A stretch of 64,000 bases of DNA from Phycisphaerales bacterium (GCA_020247305.1 JADCJE010000045.1:71251-135250); one strand, 5' to 3'. Positions 28,636 through 40,078 are shown, counted from the first letter of the stretch. The notes: generated from the sequence alone by a model not told the origin. Program-made: numbers and translations.

Positions 28636-28673
28636 CGTCAGCGGCGGTCGCCGCGACGGCGACCGCCCGTCAG
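28632..28673. terminator. Hairpin between convergent mglB and metG
   Basis: GGCGGTCGCCG/CGGCGACCGCC 11-bp stem, flanked by CTGACG...CGTCAG, which contain both stop codons. Confidence 0.6.
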
Positions 28674-30730
28674 TGCAGGCGCTGGCCCGGCTTTGCGCCG
28701 CTGTCCGGCGACAGCAGGTAGACCTCGCCGTCGGTGCCGGCGGCGATCACCATGCCCTCGCTCATGCCGAACTTCATCTTGCGCGGCGCGAGGTTGGCGA
28801 CCATCACGACCAGCCGGCCGACGAGCTTGTCCGGCTCGTAGGCGCCCTTGATGCCGGCGAAGACGTTGCGCGTCACGCCGCCGCCGAGCGAAAGCGTCAG
28901 CCGCAGCAGCTTCTTCGCCTCCGGGACCGCCTCGGCGGCGAGCACCTCGGCGATGCGCAGGTCGACCTTCTGGAAGTCGTCGATCGTGATCGCGCCGGCG
29001 AGCGGCTCCTTGGCGAGCGCGGTGTCGCCGCCGGCGGGGGTGGCAGGCGCCGGGGTGGGCGCCTGGGCGGTCGACGGGGTCGGCGTGGCGGCGGGAGCGG
29101 ACGGTTCGGGCGTGAACATGGCTTGTGCCTTCTCGGCCTCGACGCGGGCCATCATGTGTTCGAACTTCGCGACGCGGACGCCGACGAGCGGCGTGGCGAC
29201 GGCGGCCCAGGCGTCGCACGGGCTGCCGAGCAGCGCGCCCGCCTTGGCGGCGAGCCCCGGCAGCACGGGCTGGAGGTAGACGGCGATCTGGCGGAACAGG
29301 TTGAGCACGACCGTGCAGACGTCCTGCAGTTCGGCCGCGCGCGCCGGGTCCTTCTTGATGGTCCACGGCGCCTTCTTCTCGACGTACTCGTTGGCCGCGT
29401 CGGCGAGCGTCATCACGAGCCGCATCGCCTCGCGGAAGTCGCACGCCTCGTACGCGGCGGCGATCGCTTCGCTGGCGGCGGCGGCGCGCTCGAACAGGCC
29501 GCCGTCGTCCGGGTAGCGCGCCGACAGGCCGGTCGTCTCGACGAAGCGCGCCGAGCGGCTGGCGAGGTTGACCACGCGGCCGACGAGGTCGCTGTTGACC
29601 TTGCCGACGAACTCGTCGACCTGGAAGTCGAGGTCGTCGATCTTGCCGCTCAGCTTGCTGGCGTAGTAGTAGCGCAGCCACTCGGGGTCGAGGAACTGCA
29701 GGTAGCGCGCGGCAGTGACGAAGGTGCCCTTCGACTTGGACATCTTCTCGCCGTTGACGCGCAGGAAGCCGTGGATCTGCACGCGGCGTGGCAGCTGGTA
29801 ACCGCCGACGTGCAGCAGCGCCGGCCAGAACAGCGTGTGGAAGTAGGTGATGTCCTTGCCGAGGAAGTGCACGATCTCGCACCGCGGATCGCGCCACCAC
29901 GCGTCGAGCGACCGGCCGGTGCGCTCGCACCATTCCATCGTCGCGGCGATGTAGCCGACCGGCGCGTCGAACCAGACGTACCAGTACTGGCCCTTCGCGT
30001 CGGGGATCTCGAAGCCGAAGTAGGGGGCCGGCCGCGACACGTCCCAGTCCTGCAGCGGCTTGTCGAGGAAGTGCCCGGCGAGGTAGTTGGCGACCTCGGG
30101 CTGCAGTGCGCCGGACGTCTGCGTCCACTGGGTCAGGAAGCCCTGCAGCGGCTCCAGCCGCACGAACAACTGCGTGCTCGGCCGCAGTTCGGGCGCAGCG
30201 CCGGAGTGCGCGCTGCGCGGATTCTTGAGCTCGGTCGCCGGGTAGGTGGCGCCGCAGGCCTCGCAACTGTCGCCGTACTGGTCCGCGGCGCCGCAGCGCG
30301 GGCACGTGCCGACGACGAAGCGGTCGGCGAGGAAGGTCTTCTGCACCGGGTCGTACAGTCGTTCGACCGAGCGCTCGACGACCATGCCGCGCTCGCGCAG
30401 CCGCTGCCAGATGCCGGTGCAGGCCGCGAGGTTGGCCGGGCTGTTGGTCGAGCCGTAGTGGTCGAACGACATGCCGAAGGCGGCGAAGTCGCGCTGGTGC
30501 TGCACCGCCATGTCGGCGACCAAAGCCTCCGGCGAGCGGCCTTCCTTCTGCGCGCGGATCATGATCGCAGCGCCGTGCGTGTCATCGGCGCACAGGTAGG
30601 CGACGTCGTGGCCGCGCAGGCGCTGGAAGCGCGCGAAGATGTCGGTCTGGATGTACTCGACGAGGTGGCCGAGGTGGATCGGGCCGTTGGCGTACGGCAG
30701 CGCGCTGGTGACCAGGATCTGGCGCTTCAT
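28670..30730 (-). CDS. metG: Methionine--tRNA ligase with C-terminal tRNA-binding domain
   Basis: [18 protein letters not shown], two CxxC pairs, C-terminal [12 protein letters not shown]...ANLAPRKM. Confidence 0.98.
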   Translation of the reverse strand: MKRQILVTSALPYANGPIHLGHLVEYIQTDIFARFQRLRGHDVAYLCADDTHGAAIMIRAQKEGRSPEALVADMAVQHQRDFAAFGMSFDHYGSTNSPANLAACTGIWQRLRERGMVVERSVERLYDPVQKTFLADRFVVGTCPRCGAADQYGDSCEACGATYPATELKNPRSAHSGAAPELRPSTQLFVRLEPLQGFLTQWTQTSGALQPEVANYLAGHFLDKPLQDWDVSRPAPYFGFEIPDAKGQYWYVWFDAPVGYIAATMEWCERTGRSLDAWWRDPRCEIVHFLGKDITYFHTLFWPALLHVGGYQLPRRVQIHGFLRVNGEKMSKSKGTFVTAARYLQFLDPEWLRYYYASKLSGKIDDLDFQVDEFVGKVNSDLVGRVVNLASRSARFVETTGLSARYPDDGGLFERAAAASEAIAAAYEACDFREAMRLVMTLADAANEYVEKKAPWTIKKDPARAAELQDVCTVVLNLFRQIAVYLQPVLPGLAAKAGALLGSPCDAWAAVATPLVGVRVAKFEHMMARVEAEKAQAMFTPEPSAPAATPTPSTAQAPTPAPATPAGGDTALAKEPLAGAITIDDFQKVDLRIAEVLAAEAVPEAKKLLRLTLSLGGGVTRNVFAGIKGAYEPDKLVGRLVVMVANLAPRKMKFGMSEGMVIAAGTDGEVYLLSPDSGAKPGQRLH

Positions 30731-30864
30731 GCGGGCGAGACGCTACCGGCGCGCCGCCCGCGATCCCACGACCGGTTGCCGGCCACCGGGAGGCACGGCC
30801 AGCGCGCGGCCGGTAGCATCGCCCCCGGCGCCGCCGGCCTGACGCCGCCGCCGCGCACTTCGCC

Positions 30865-32487
30865 ATGCTGCAACGCATCCTCGCCGTCGTCGTCCGCAGC
30901 GCCACCGCTGCCGTGGCGCTCACCGTCGCCCTGGTCGCCCAGACACCGCTCAAGCTGCAAACGGTGGCGAGCGGACTCGTGCGCCCGACGTTCATGGCCT
31001 CGCCGCCCGGCGACGCCCAGCGGCTCTTCGTCGCGGAGCAGCCCGGCCGCATCCGCATCGTCAAGAACGGCGCGCTGCTGCCGACGCCGTTCCTCGACCT
31101 CGCGGCGATGGGCGTCGTCAGCTTCGGCGGCGAACTGGGCCTGCTCGGCTTCGCGTTCCATCCGTCGTTCGCGAGCAACGGGCAGGTCTTCGTCTCCCAT
31201 TCGGGCTTCCCGTTCCCGACGGCGATCGTGCGCCGCTTCACCGTCTCGGCGACCAACCCCGACGTGGCCGATCCGGCCAGCGGCTTCGTGGTGTTGAGCC
31301 AGCCGATGCTCTACGGCAACCACAACGGCGGCATGGTCGCCTTCGGCCCCGACGGCTACCTCTACATCGGCCTCGGTGACGGCGGCAGCACGGCGCCGAG
31401 TTGGCCGGACGACCCGCTCAACCACGCCCAACGCGGCGACAGCCTGCTCGGCAAGCTGCTGCGGCTCGACGTCGACAACCCGCAGCCGCCGCTGCCCTAC
31501 GGCATCCCGGCGAGCAACCCGTTCGCCGGCCCGGGCCTGCCGCGCGACGAGATCTGGGCCCTCGGCCTGCGCAACCCGTGGCGCTTCGGCTTCGACCGCG
31601 CCACCGGCGACCTCTGGCTGGCGGACGTCGGCGGCATGCGCGAAGAAGTCGACTTCGTCGCCGCGGGCGATGTCGGCGGCCGCAACTTCGGCTGGTCGTG
31701 CATGGCGGGCACGTATTGCAACGCGACGTCGGTGTGCGCGTGCTACGCCCCGTCGCTGACGCCACCGTTCCACGAGTACACGATCGCGACGTCCTCGCGC
31801 GCGATCATCGGCGGCTACGTCTACCGCGGCGCGGCGATCCCCGACCTCGTCGGCAGCTACTTCTTCGCCGACTTCAACTCCCGCCAACTGTGGTCGCTGC
31901 GGCGCGTGCAGGGCGGCGTCGCGCAACTGCAGTCGCGCACCGCCGAACTCGTCGCGCCGGCGCCCGCGACGCTCGCGGGGGTGCTGTCGTTCGGCGAGGA
32001 CGCCGCCGGCGAACTGCACCTCGGCGACATGGCGGGCAACGTCTACCGGATCGTGCCCGATGGTCCGCTCGTCGCTGGCGTGTCGCCGTTCGGCCTCGGC
32101 ACGCCGGGTTGCAGCGGCGTGCACGCGCTGTTCGCGCCGACGACGCCTCGGCTCGGCACGACCGCATTCGGCCTGCGCGCCACCGCCGGGGCGCCCGGGG
32201 GCCTCGGCGCCATGGCGTTCGCCGCCGCCGCCGACGCGGTCGGCACGGACGTCGGCCTCGGCTGCCGCGTGCATCTCTCCCTGCTGTCGCCGTTGCTGCT
32301 GCTGCAGTCGATGGTCGCCGATGCCCAGGGCATCGGCGGCGTCGCGTTCGCGATCCCCGCAGCGCCGGCGCTGGTCGGCTACACGCTGCACGCGCAGGCG
32401 CTGTGGCTGTGGAGCCCTGCCGCCTGCGCGGCTGTGTCCGGCGGCTTCTCGTCGTCGAACGGCGTGACGATCGTGCTGCAGCCGTGA
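30865..32487 (+). CDS. Secreted glucose/sorbosone dehydrogenase-family (PQQ-dependent) protein with conserved C-terminal domain
   Basis: Signal peptide; GELGLLGFAFHP, NHNGG, FGPDGYLYIGLGDGG, LGLRNPWR, IIGGYVYRG; C-terminal domain like that of 4062..5753. Confidence 0.9.
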   Translation: MLQRILAVVVRSATAAVALTVALVAQTPLKLQTVASGLVRPTFMASPPGDAQRLFVAEQPGRIRIVKNGALLPTPFLDLAAMGVVSFGGELGLLGFAFHPSFASNGQVFVSHSGFPFPTAIVRRFTVSATNPDVADPASGFVVLSQPMLYGNHNGGMVAFGPDGYLYIGLGDGGSTAPSWPDDPLNHAQRGDSLLGKLLRLDVDNPQPPLPYGIPASNPFAGPGLPRDEIWALGLRNPWRFGFDRATGDLWLADVGGMREEVDFVAAGDVGGRNFGWSCMAGTYCNATSVCACYAPSLTPPFHEYTIATSSRAIIGGYVYRGAAIPDLVGSYFFADFNSRQLWSLRRVQGGVAQLQSRTAELVAPAPATLAGVLSFGEDAAGELHLGDMAGNVYRIVPDGPLVAGVSPFGLGTPGCSGVHALFAPTTPRLGTTAFGLRATAGAPGGLGAMAFAAAADAVGTDVGLGCRVHLSLLSPLLLLQSMVADAQGIGGVAFAIPAAPALVGYTLHAQALWLWSPAACAAVSGGFSSSNGVTIVLQP

Positions 32488-32513
32488 GCGCCGGCGGCGC
32501 CGTCAGGGCGCCG

Positions 32514-33362
32514 TCAAGGATTGCACAGCTGGCAATTGCCGGCGTCGGCGGTCGCCGCCCCGTCGGGGCGCGGTCGCCGCACGGTCGCGGCGCAGCGGGC
32601 GCAGCCGTCGACCAGCGTCTGCACCAGTTCGGTCGGTTCGCCGCACGCCTCGCACGGCAAGCCGCGCTCGGCGCGCGCGAAGCCGAAGCCGAACCAGCCG
32701 CACCCGGGGCAAGGCGTCGCGGCGCGTTCGGCGAGGCGCCCGGCGGCGCGCGCGATCGCACGCATGCGGGTCGGGTTGCGGTCGGCGCGCATGTCGGCGC
32801 TGGCCTCGACGCGGCCGAAGCGCCGCAGCAGGTCCGCCAGCGCGGCGGCGAGTTCGTCGCGGCTGCCGAGGCCGCGGCGCGTCGCCGTCGGGTCGCCGGC
32901 CACGCGCAACACCATCTGGTGGTCGGGGAAGCCGATGCGCGCGCCGAACGCCTCGGCCGCGGCGAGGTCGCGCACCGGCGCGCCCGCCCAGTTCGTCTCG
33001 GCGCCGACGTCCTCGGCCTCGACCTCCAGGCCGCTGCGTGCGTCGACCAGCAGCAGGAACTCGGCCGCCAGCGGCAGCAGCGGCGCCGCAGGATGCGGCC
33101 CGAACGTGCCCTCGCTGGCGATCGCCGCATCGAGCCCCGTCGCCGCCATCGCGGCGGCGGCCTTGGCGCGGGCGGCGTCACGCGGGCTGCCGCGGCGGGC
33201 GACTTCGCCGGTGAAGGTGCCGAAGGCGTCGGTGTCGAAGCCCGCCGGCACGACGGCGATGCAGCCAAAGCGCGCCGCGAGCTGCGGTGCGATCGCGCGT
33301 TCCTTGCCGTGCATCGTCGCGATGGCGATGCGGCGGCCATGCAGAGGGTGTTCGGCGGTCAT
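32514..33362 (-). CDS. DUF6671-like protein with Cys-rich C-terminus
   Basis: ATMHGKE, DTDAFGTFTGE, ASEGTFGPHP, DMRADRNPTRM, four CxxC pairs ending CQLCNP. Confidence 0.72.
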   Translation of the reverse strand: MTAEHPLHGRRIAIATMHGKERAIAPQLAARFGCIAVVPAGFDTDAFGTFTGEVARRGSPRDAARAKAAAAMAATGLDAAIASEGTFGPHPAAPLLPLAAEFLLLVDARSGLEVEAEDVGAETNWAGAPVRDLAAAEAFGARIGFPDHQMVLRVAGDPTATRRGLGSRDELAAALADLLRRFGRVEASADMRADRNPTRMRAIARAAGRLAERAATPCPGCGWFGFGFARAERGLPCEACGEPTELVQTLVDGCARCAATVRRPRPDGAATADAGNCQLCNP

Positions 33363-33454
33363 CGGTGCGATGGGGGCGGGCCGGAGCAGCGTCGCGGCTC
33401 CTTTCCCTGGCGGCAAGGCGCGTCTATCCTCCTCCGCGCCCCGAACTCTCTGCC

Positions 33455-34624
33455 ATGAGCGATCCCTACAAGGCCCTCGATTTCCTGAACGTCGACGAAC
33501 TCTACACGGACGAGGAGCGGATGATCCGCGACACCGTCCGAGCCTGGGTCTCCGACAAGTTCCTGCCGGTCATCGAGGAGCACAACCGCGCCGGCACGTT
33601 CCCGATGCACCTCGTGCCGGAGCTCGGCGAACTCGGCGTCTACGGCGCCAGCCTGACCGGCTACGGCTGCGCCGGCCTGTCGCCGATCGCCAGCGGCCTG
33701 ATCTGCCAGGAACTGGAGCGCGGCGACTCCGGCCTGCGGTCGTTCGTGTCGGTGCAGGGCTCGCTGTGCATGTACCCGATCTGGGCCTACGGCACCGAGG
33801 AGCAGAAGCAGCGCTACCTGCCGAAGATGGCCGCCGGCCAGCTGATCGGGTGCTTCGGCCTGACCGAGGCCGACTTCGGCAGCAACCCGGGCGGCATGCT
33901 GACCAAGGCCGTGCGCGACGGCGACCACTTCGTGCTCAACGGCAGCAAGTACTGGATCACCAACGGCAGCGTCGCCGACGTGGCGATCGTGTGGGCCAAG
34001 CTCGACGGCGTCGTGCGCGGCTTCCTGGTCGACAAGGGCACCGAGGGCTTCCAGGGCAAGGGCATCAAGAACAAGTTCTCGCTGCGCGCCTCGGACACCA
34101 GCGAGCTCGTGCTCGAGGACGTGCGCATCCACAAGTCGCAGATGCTGCCGGGCGTCGAGGGCCTCAAGGGGCCGCTCAACTGCCTGACGCAGGCCCGCTA
34201 TGGCATCGCCTTCGGCGCGGTCGGCGCGGCGCAGGCCGCCTTCGACGAGGCGTGCCGCTACAGCCAGATGCGCATCATGTTCGACAAGCCGATCGCGCGC
34301 TTCCAGCTGGTGCAGAACAAGCTCGTCTGGATGGCCAACGAGATCACCAAGGCGCAGCTCATGTGCTGGAAGCTCGGCAAGATGAAGGAAGCCGGCGCGA
34401 TGCAGCACTTCCACGTGTCGATGGCCAAGCGCAACAGCTGCTGGATGGCGCTCGAGTGCTGCCGCCTCGGGCGCGACATCCTCGGCGCCAACGGCATCAC
34501 CGACGAGTACCAGATGATGCGCCACATGTGCAACCTCGAGTCGGTCATCACCTACGAGGGCACGCACGACATCCACACGCTGATCATCGGCCGGCAGCTG
34601 ACCGGCTGCGACGCGATCATGTGA
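33455..34624 (+). CDS. Acyl-CoA dehydrogenase, glutaryl-CoA dehydrogenase-like
   Basis: ELERGDSGLRS, GCFGLTEADFGSNP, WITNG, KFSLRAS, TYEGTHDIH. Confidence 0.92.
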   Translation: MSDPYKALDFLNVDELYTDEERMIRDTVRAWVSDKFLPVIEEHNRAGTFPMHLVPELGELGVYGASLTGYGCAGLSPIASGLICQELERGDSGLRSFVSVQGSLCMYPIWAYGTEEQKQRYLPKMAAGQLIGCFGLTEADFGSNPGGMLTKAVRDGDHFVLNGSKYWITNGSVADVAIVWAKLDGVVRGFLVDKGTEGFQGKGIKNKFSLRASDTSELVLEDVRIHKSQMLPGVEGLKGPLNCLTQARYGIAFGAVGAAQAAFDEACRYSQMRIMFDKPIARFQLVQNKLVWMANEITKAQLMCWKLGKMKEAGAMQHFHVSMAKRNSCWMALECCRLGRDILGANGITDEYQMMRHMCNLESVITYEGTHDIHTLIIGRQLTGCDAIM

Positions 34625-34640
34625 TCGCCGGCGGCCGGCC

Positions 34641-35198
34641 TCACGCCGCCGGCCACAGCCATGCGAACGCCGCGCCGGTGACCACGGCGCAGACGAGGCC
34701 GTCGAAGACGAACTTCGCCGTCGTCGTCCACGACACGCCCCTCCAGATCGAGTCGCTGACCGACGCGAAGGCGTAGGCCGGCGTAGCCGCCGCGGCGGCG
34801 ACGCGGAACACGTCGGCCGCGCCGGGCGCGCGCGCGAGGCCCGTCAGGTACGCCGTGCACGCGCTGGCGACGAGGCAGAACGTGAACCACTGCAGCAGCG
34901 CCGGCCCCATGCGCATCGGGCCAGCCGGCCGCACGGTCAGCGTGCCGACCGGTCCGCGCTGGTACTTCGCCAACATCGCCGGCGTCGCCATGTCCGCCAT
35001 CGACGACGGGCAGGGGAACATGTACTGGCCGGCGCCGACGCCGTGCCGCCGCAGCGCGTCGAGCACGCCGTCTTCGTCCGGCAGCTTGCGGTAGTCGCCC
35101 TTGTGGATCGGCAGGACCATGTGGATCACGGCGGTTGCGACGAAGACGAGGACGGCGGCGGCGAGGATCGGCAGCCAGACGTGGGGCAGTGGCGTCAC
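34641..35198 (-). CDS. Conserved hypothetical membrane protein
   Basis: Several hydrophobic helices; motifs WLPI...HM...H, GQYMFP, GPVG; GTG start inferred. Confidence 0.72.
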   Translation of the reverse strand: MTPLPHVWLPILAAAVLVFVATAVIHMVLPIHKGDYRKLPDEDGVLDALRRHGVGAGQYMFPCPSSMADMATPAMLAKYQRGPVGTLTVRPAGPMRMGPALLQWFTFCLVASACTAYLTGLARAPGAADVFRVAAAAATPAYAFASVSDSIWRGVSWTTTAKFVFDGLVCAVVTGAAFAWLWPAA

Positions 35199-35340
35199 GG
35201 CGGCAGTGGAGTCCCCTGGACCCGGCGGCGGAAGGCGCGAATCACCTGGGTCCGGTTCGGTCGGATCTCGCGCCGCGGCGCCGCCGCCGTCGCCGATTCC
35301 CATGCGGCGCCGCCGCGCGTCCTGCCGATACTGCCGCACC

Positions 35341-36471
35341 GTGACCGACTTCGACCTCAAGGCCGACTGCCGCCACGTGCGCTGGGACCGGCCGTGCGCG
35401 CCGCACAAGGCGCGCGGCAAGGTCTGCGCGACGTGCGACGAACATGCGCCGGTCCGCCATCGCGTGCTGGTGGTCAAGCTGGCGGCGACCGGCGACGTGC
35501 TGCGCACGACGGCGTTCCTGCCGGCGATCCACGCGCAGTGGCCGCAGGCGAAGGTCACGTGGCTGACGCGCCGCTCGGCCGCCGGTCTCTTCGACGGCAA
35601 TGCGCTGGTCGACGAGGTGCTGACGACCGACGACGCGGTGACTGCGGCGCGGCTCGCGACCGAGGCGTTCGACGTCGTGCTTTGCCCCGACGCCGATCCG
35701 GAGGCCGCCGTGCTCGCGACGATGGCCAAGGGCCGCGAACGGCGCGGCTACGTGCGCGACGCGCTGGGCGTGATCGTGCCGCTCGGCCCGGGCGCGCAGA
35801 GGTGGCTCGCGATGGGCCTGTCCGACGCGCAGAAGAAGGCCAACGCCGAAACCTACCAGGCGCTCGTCGCCGACGTGCTCGGCCTGCCGCGCGACGGCGT
35901 GCGCGAGCCGATCCTCGTGCCGTCGCGCCGCGACGCCGACGAGGTGCGCGCGCTCGCCGCGGCGCTGCCGGGCAGCGGCCCGCTGGTCGGGCTCAACACC
36001 GGCGCGGGCGGTCGCTGGGCCTACAAGGTCTGGACGCGCGAGCACCAGCGCACGTTTCTGCGGCTGGCGACCGACGCCGGCCTGCGCGTGCTGCTGCTCG
36101 GCGGTCCCGAGGAGGCCCAGACGCACCAGGACCTGCTCGCCGGCAGTGGCGGCCGGCCGGTGTTCGACGCCGGCAACCGCAACAGCTACGGGCGGTTCGC
36201 GGCCTGGATCGACCAGTGCGCCGCGGTCGTCACCAGTGACTCGCTCGCCGTACACGTCGCCGCGGCGCGCAAGAAGCCGGCGGTCGTGCTGTTCGGCCCG
36301 ACGTCGGCCGCCGAGATCGAACTCTACGGCCGCGGCGAGAAGCTCGTTCCCGCCGGCCTCGACTGCCTGTGCTGCTACCTGCCGCGCTGCGACCGTGCGC
36401 CGCACTGCCAGGCGCTGATCCAGCCGGCCGACGTGCTCGCCGCCGTGCAGCGGCAGCTCGCGCGCGGCTGA
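35341..36471 (+). CDS. Glycosyltransferase family 9 with N-terminal Cys/His cluster
   Basis: VVKLAATGDVLRT, GLNTGAGGRW, SDSLAVH, LFGPTS; N-terminal CRH...C..H.....CATC. Confidence 0.88.
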   Translation: MTDFDLKADCRHVRWDRPCAPHKARGKVCATCDEHAPVRHRVLVVKLAATGDVLRTTAFLPAIHAQWPQAKVTWLTRRSAAGLFDGNALVDEVLTTDDAVTAARLATEAFDVVLCPDADPEAAVLATMAKGRERRGYVRDALGVIVPLGPGAQRWLAMGLSDAQKKANAETYQALVADVLGLPRDGVREPILVPSRRDADEVRALAAALPGSGPLVGLNTGAGGRWAYKVWTREHQRTFLRLATDAGLRVLLLGGPEEAQTHQDLLAGSGGRPVFDAGNRNSYGRFAAWIDQCAAVVTSDSLAVHVAAARKKPAVVLFGPTSAAEIELYGRGEKLVPAGLDCLCCYLPRCDRAPHCQALIQPADVLAAVQRQLARG

Positions 36472-36530
36472 CGGCGCGTCCTGCGCCGCCGCCGCTCGCG
36501 CCGGCGCGCGCGGGCGAATAGCCTGCGCCC

Positions 36531-37449
36531 GTGGCGTTCCTCGGACTCGACGTCGGCGGCAGCAAGTGCCGCTTCGAATGGTGGCCGCGCGGCGCCGCCG
36601 CCGGCGGCGATGGCCGCAGCGTGCAGCCGGCGGTGCACGGCGTCGATGCGGCGGCCGAGGGGCTCGCCGCCGTGCTGCGCGAGGCCGTTCGCGACGGCGC
36701 GCCGACCGCGGCGGTATGCGCGCTGGCCGGCGTCGGCGATGCGGCGACCAGCACGGCGCTCGTCGACGGCCTGCGCGCCCGCGGCATCGCCTTCCCGGTC
36801 GCCGTCGTCGGCGACGTGCTCGCCGCCGCCGCCGCCGCGCTGGCCGCAGGCCCCGGCGTGCTGGTGTGGGCGGGCACGGGTTCGTTCGCGGTCGCGCGCG
36901 CCGTCGACGGCAGCCTGTGGCGCGTCGGCGGTCGAGGGTACCTGCTCGGCGACCAGGGCAGCGGCTACGACCTCGTCCGCCGCGCCGCCCGCGCGGCGCT
37001 GCTCGCCGTCGACGGCCTCGCGCCGGCGACCGCACTGGTCGATGCCTTGACCGCCGCCTTCGCGGCGCCGTCGCCGCAGCGCCTCGGCGCCGTGCTGCAG
37101 CGGCTCGCCCCGGGCGAGGTCGCGGCGCGCCTGGGCACGGTCCTGGGCGTCGCCGCGCGCGGCGACGCCGTGGCCAGGCAGGCGCTCGCCGAAGGCGCTG
37201 CCGACCTGGACGCGCTCACCGACGCCGCCGTGCGCAAGGCTGGCCTCGCGTGGCGCGGTCTCGCGACCGCAGCGGGCGGCGGCGTGTTCGACGCCGTGCC
37301 GGACTACCTCGGCGCGGTCGGCGCGCGGCTCACGGCGCGCGGCGCCGCCGCGCCCGTTCTCGTCGCGCCTCGCGCGGCGGCGGTCGGCGCCGCGTGGCTC
37401 GCCGACGGTTGGCATCGCGGGCAGTCGCCGCAGAAGGAGTGGGTGGACC

Positions 37450-37463
<14 letters not shown>
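36531..37463 (+). CDS. BadF/BadG/BcrA/BcrD ATPase family, N-acetylglucosamine kinase-like
   Basis: LGLDVGGSK, AGTGS, RVGGRGYLLGDQGSG motifs. Confidence 0.85.
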
Positions 37464-37884
<421 letters not shown>

Positions 37885-37959
37885 GTGAGAGCCGTCGCCG
37901 CGGGGCTGCTTGGCTGACTCGCCTGCGCCTCGTCCCCGCGCAGCGGCGGCGCCAGGGAT

Positions 37960-37995
37960 CGCCTGATCGGCGCCGCTCGCGGCGCCGATCAGGCG
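37960..37995. terminator. 17-bp perfect hairpin overlapping the gdh stop codon
   Basis: CGCCTGATCGGCGCCGC-TC-GCGGCGCCGATCAGGCG. Confidence 0.6.
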
Positions 37996-39251
37996 TAGAT
38001 GCCGCGCTGACGCGTCGTCTCGGCGACGCGGTTGACGCCCAGCATGTACGCCGCGATGCGGTTGCTGACCTGGAAGCGGCGCGCCATGTCGACCACCGAG
38101 CGGAAGGAGTCGACCATGATGTGCTCCATGCGCTCCTCGACCTCCTTCTGCGTCCAGAAGAAGGCCATGCGGTCCTGGACCCACTCGAAGTAGCTCACCG
38201 TCACGCCGCCGGCGTTCGCCAGGATGTCCGGGATGACGAAGATGCCCTTCTGGTCGAGGATCTTGTCGGCGTTGGCCGTGCACGGGCCGTTGGCGCCTTC
38301 GGTGATGATCTTCGCCTTGATGTTGGCGGCGTTGCGGCTGGTGATGACGTTCTCCGTCGCCGCCGGCACCAGGATGTCGACCGGCAGTTCCAGCAGGTCG
38401 CTGTTGCTGATGCGTGAGGCCCCTTCGAAGCCGTCGAGCTTCTTGTGCTTCTGCAGGTGCGCCTTGACCGTTTCGAGGTCGAGGCCCGCCGGATTGTGCA
38501 GGCCGCCGTGCATGTCGCTGATGGCGACGATCTTGATGCCGAGCGAGGCCAGTTGCAGGGCCGAGATCATGCCGACGTTGCCAGCACCCTGGACCGCGGC
38601 GGTGCAGTCCTTTGGGTTCATGCCGAGGTGCTTGAGCGCCTCGCGCGTCACCAGCATCACGCCGCGGCCGGTCGCCTCGATGCGGCCGAGCGAGCCGCCG
38701 AGGCTCACCGGCTTGCCCGTCACGATCGCCGGGATGTAGCTGCGCTGGTGCATGGAGTACGTGTCCATGAACCACGCCATCACCTGGCCGTCGGTGCCCA
38801 TGTCGGGCGCCGGCACGTCGCGGTCCGGGCCGAGCAGGTCCATGATGCCGGAGACGTAGCGGCGGGTGACCCGCTCCAACTCGCCCTTCGACAGCTTGAA
38901 CGGATCGCAGATCACGCCGCCCTTGCCGCCGCCGAACGGGACGTTGACGACGGCGCACTTCCAAGTCATCCAGGCGGCCAGCGCCCGGACCTCGTCGCGG
39001 TTGACGTTGGGCGCGTAGCGGATGCCGCCCTTGGCCGGGCCGCGCGACGTGCTGTGCTGCACCCGGTAGCCCTCGAAGACCTGCACCGAGCCGTCGTCCA
39101 TGACGACCGGCATGCTGATCGTGATCTCGCGCTCGCAGGAGCGCAGGATGGTGATCACGTTGGGCTCGAGGCCGAGTCGGGCCGCGGCGAGGTCGAGCCG
39201 GGCCTGCATGGCTTGGAACGGATTCTCTTCGCTGGCGGCGGGTTGGTTCAT
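37989..39251 (-). CDS. gdhA: Glu/Leu/Phe/Val dehydrogenase (glutamate dehydrogenase)
   Basis: RGPAKGGIR, MTWKCA, GGGKGG, DVPAPD, VQGAGNVG, EGANGP, NAGGVTVSYFEW. Confidence 0.93.
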   Translation of the reverse strand: MNQPAASEENPFQAMQARLDLAAARLGLEPNVITILRSCEREITISMPVVMDDGSVQVFEGYRVQHSTSRGPAKGGIRYAPNVNRDEVRALAAWMTWKCAVVNVPFGGGKGGVICDPFKLSKGELERVTRRYVSGIMDLLGPDRDVPAPDMGTDGQVMAWFMDTYSMHQRSYIPAIVTGKPVSLGGSLGRIEATGRGVMLVTREALKHLGMNPKDCTAAVQGAGNVGMISALQLASLGIKIVAISDMHGGLHNPAGLDLETVKAHLQKHKKLDGFEGASRISNSDLLELPVDILVPAATENVITSRNAANIKAKIITEGANGPCTANADKILDQKGIFVIPDILANAGGVTVSYFEWVQDRMAFFWTQKEVEERMEHIMVDSFRSVVDMARRFQVSNRIAAYMLGVNRVAETTRQRGIYA

Positions 39252-39303
39252 GCCGGGTTGGTGCTTGCAGCGCACCTGAGGGGCAAGCAACCTACCCCAG
39301 CCC

Positions 39304-40032
39304 ATGCAACCCGGCAACAAGCCCGAACCGCCCGATTCGCCGCGGCTTGAGGCGTCGCTCGGCGGCTTGTACGGGGTGGTGGCCGGGATGTGGCAGGGAA
39401 CCTCCGGTCGCATCGTCCGGTGCGTTCCCACGCGCTGGACCGCGGCCCAGGAACTGGCCGACGGCTGGCTGTTCGCCAAGTGCCGCCGCGGCGAACGCGC
39501 GCGGGCCGCGGCCGAGTGGCGATGGCTGCATGTGTTGCCCCTGATCGGTCTGCGCACGCCGAGGCCCATCGCGTGGGTCGGTCGCGGGTCGCGCACGATG
39601 CTCGTGACGCGCGGCGTCGCCGGCCGGCCGCTCGACGCATGGTTCGTCGACGCCGCCCGCGAGGGTTGGTTGCCGCAGTTGTGCGCGTGGGCTTGCCGCG
39701 AGGTGGCGCCGCGCGTGCGAGCCCTGCACGCGGCGGGACTGGTCTACCGCGACCTCTACTGGAACCACGTGGTGGCGCTCGACCCGCGCGGCGACGCACC
39801 GCCGACGTTCCTCGACGTCGAGAGGGTCTTCCGACCGCTCTGGCGACGGCGGCGCTGGAACGTGAAGGACCTCGCCGGTCTGGCGTCATCGCTGCCCGTC
39901 GCCGTTTCGGGCAGCGCGCTGCTGCGGTTCCTGCGCGCCTACGATCCGGCCATGGCGCGCGATCGTCGTTGGGTGCGCGCGATCGCGCGCAAGGCGGCGC
40001 GCATCCGCGCGCACGCGCCGCGCTTTGGTTGA
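39304..40032 (+). CDS. WaaP/InaA-family lipopolysaccharide kinase
   Basis: AAAEW, LHAAGLVYRDLYWNH, FLDVER, KDLAGL, RFLRAY as in WaaP; true start may lie downstream. Confidence 0.8.
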   Translation: MQPGNKPEPPDSPRLEASLGGLYGVVAGMWQGTSGRIVRCVPTRWTAAQELADGWLFAKCRRGERARAAAEWRWLHVLPLIGLRTPRPIAWVGRGSRTMLVTRGVAGRPLDAWFVDAAREGWLPQLCAWACREVAPRVRALHAAGLVYRDLYWNHVVALDPRGDAPPTFLDVERVFRPLWRRRRWNVKDLAGLASSLPVAVSGSALLRFLRAYDPAMARDRRWVRAIARKAARIRAHAPRFG

Positions 40033-40078
40033 CCGGGTGGCCAGCGGCGGGCCGCAGGCGAGCCGGCGTTGCGTGCGT

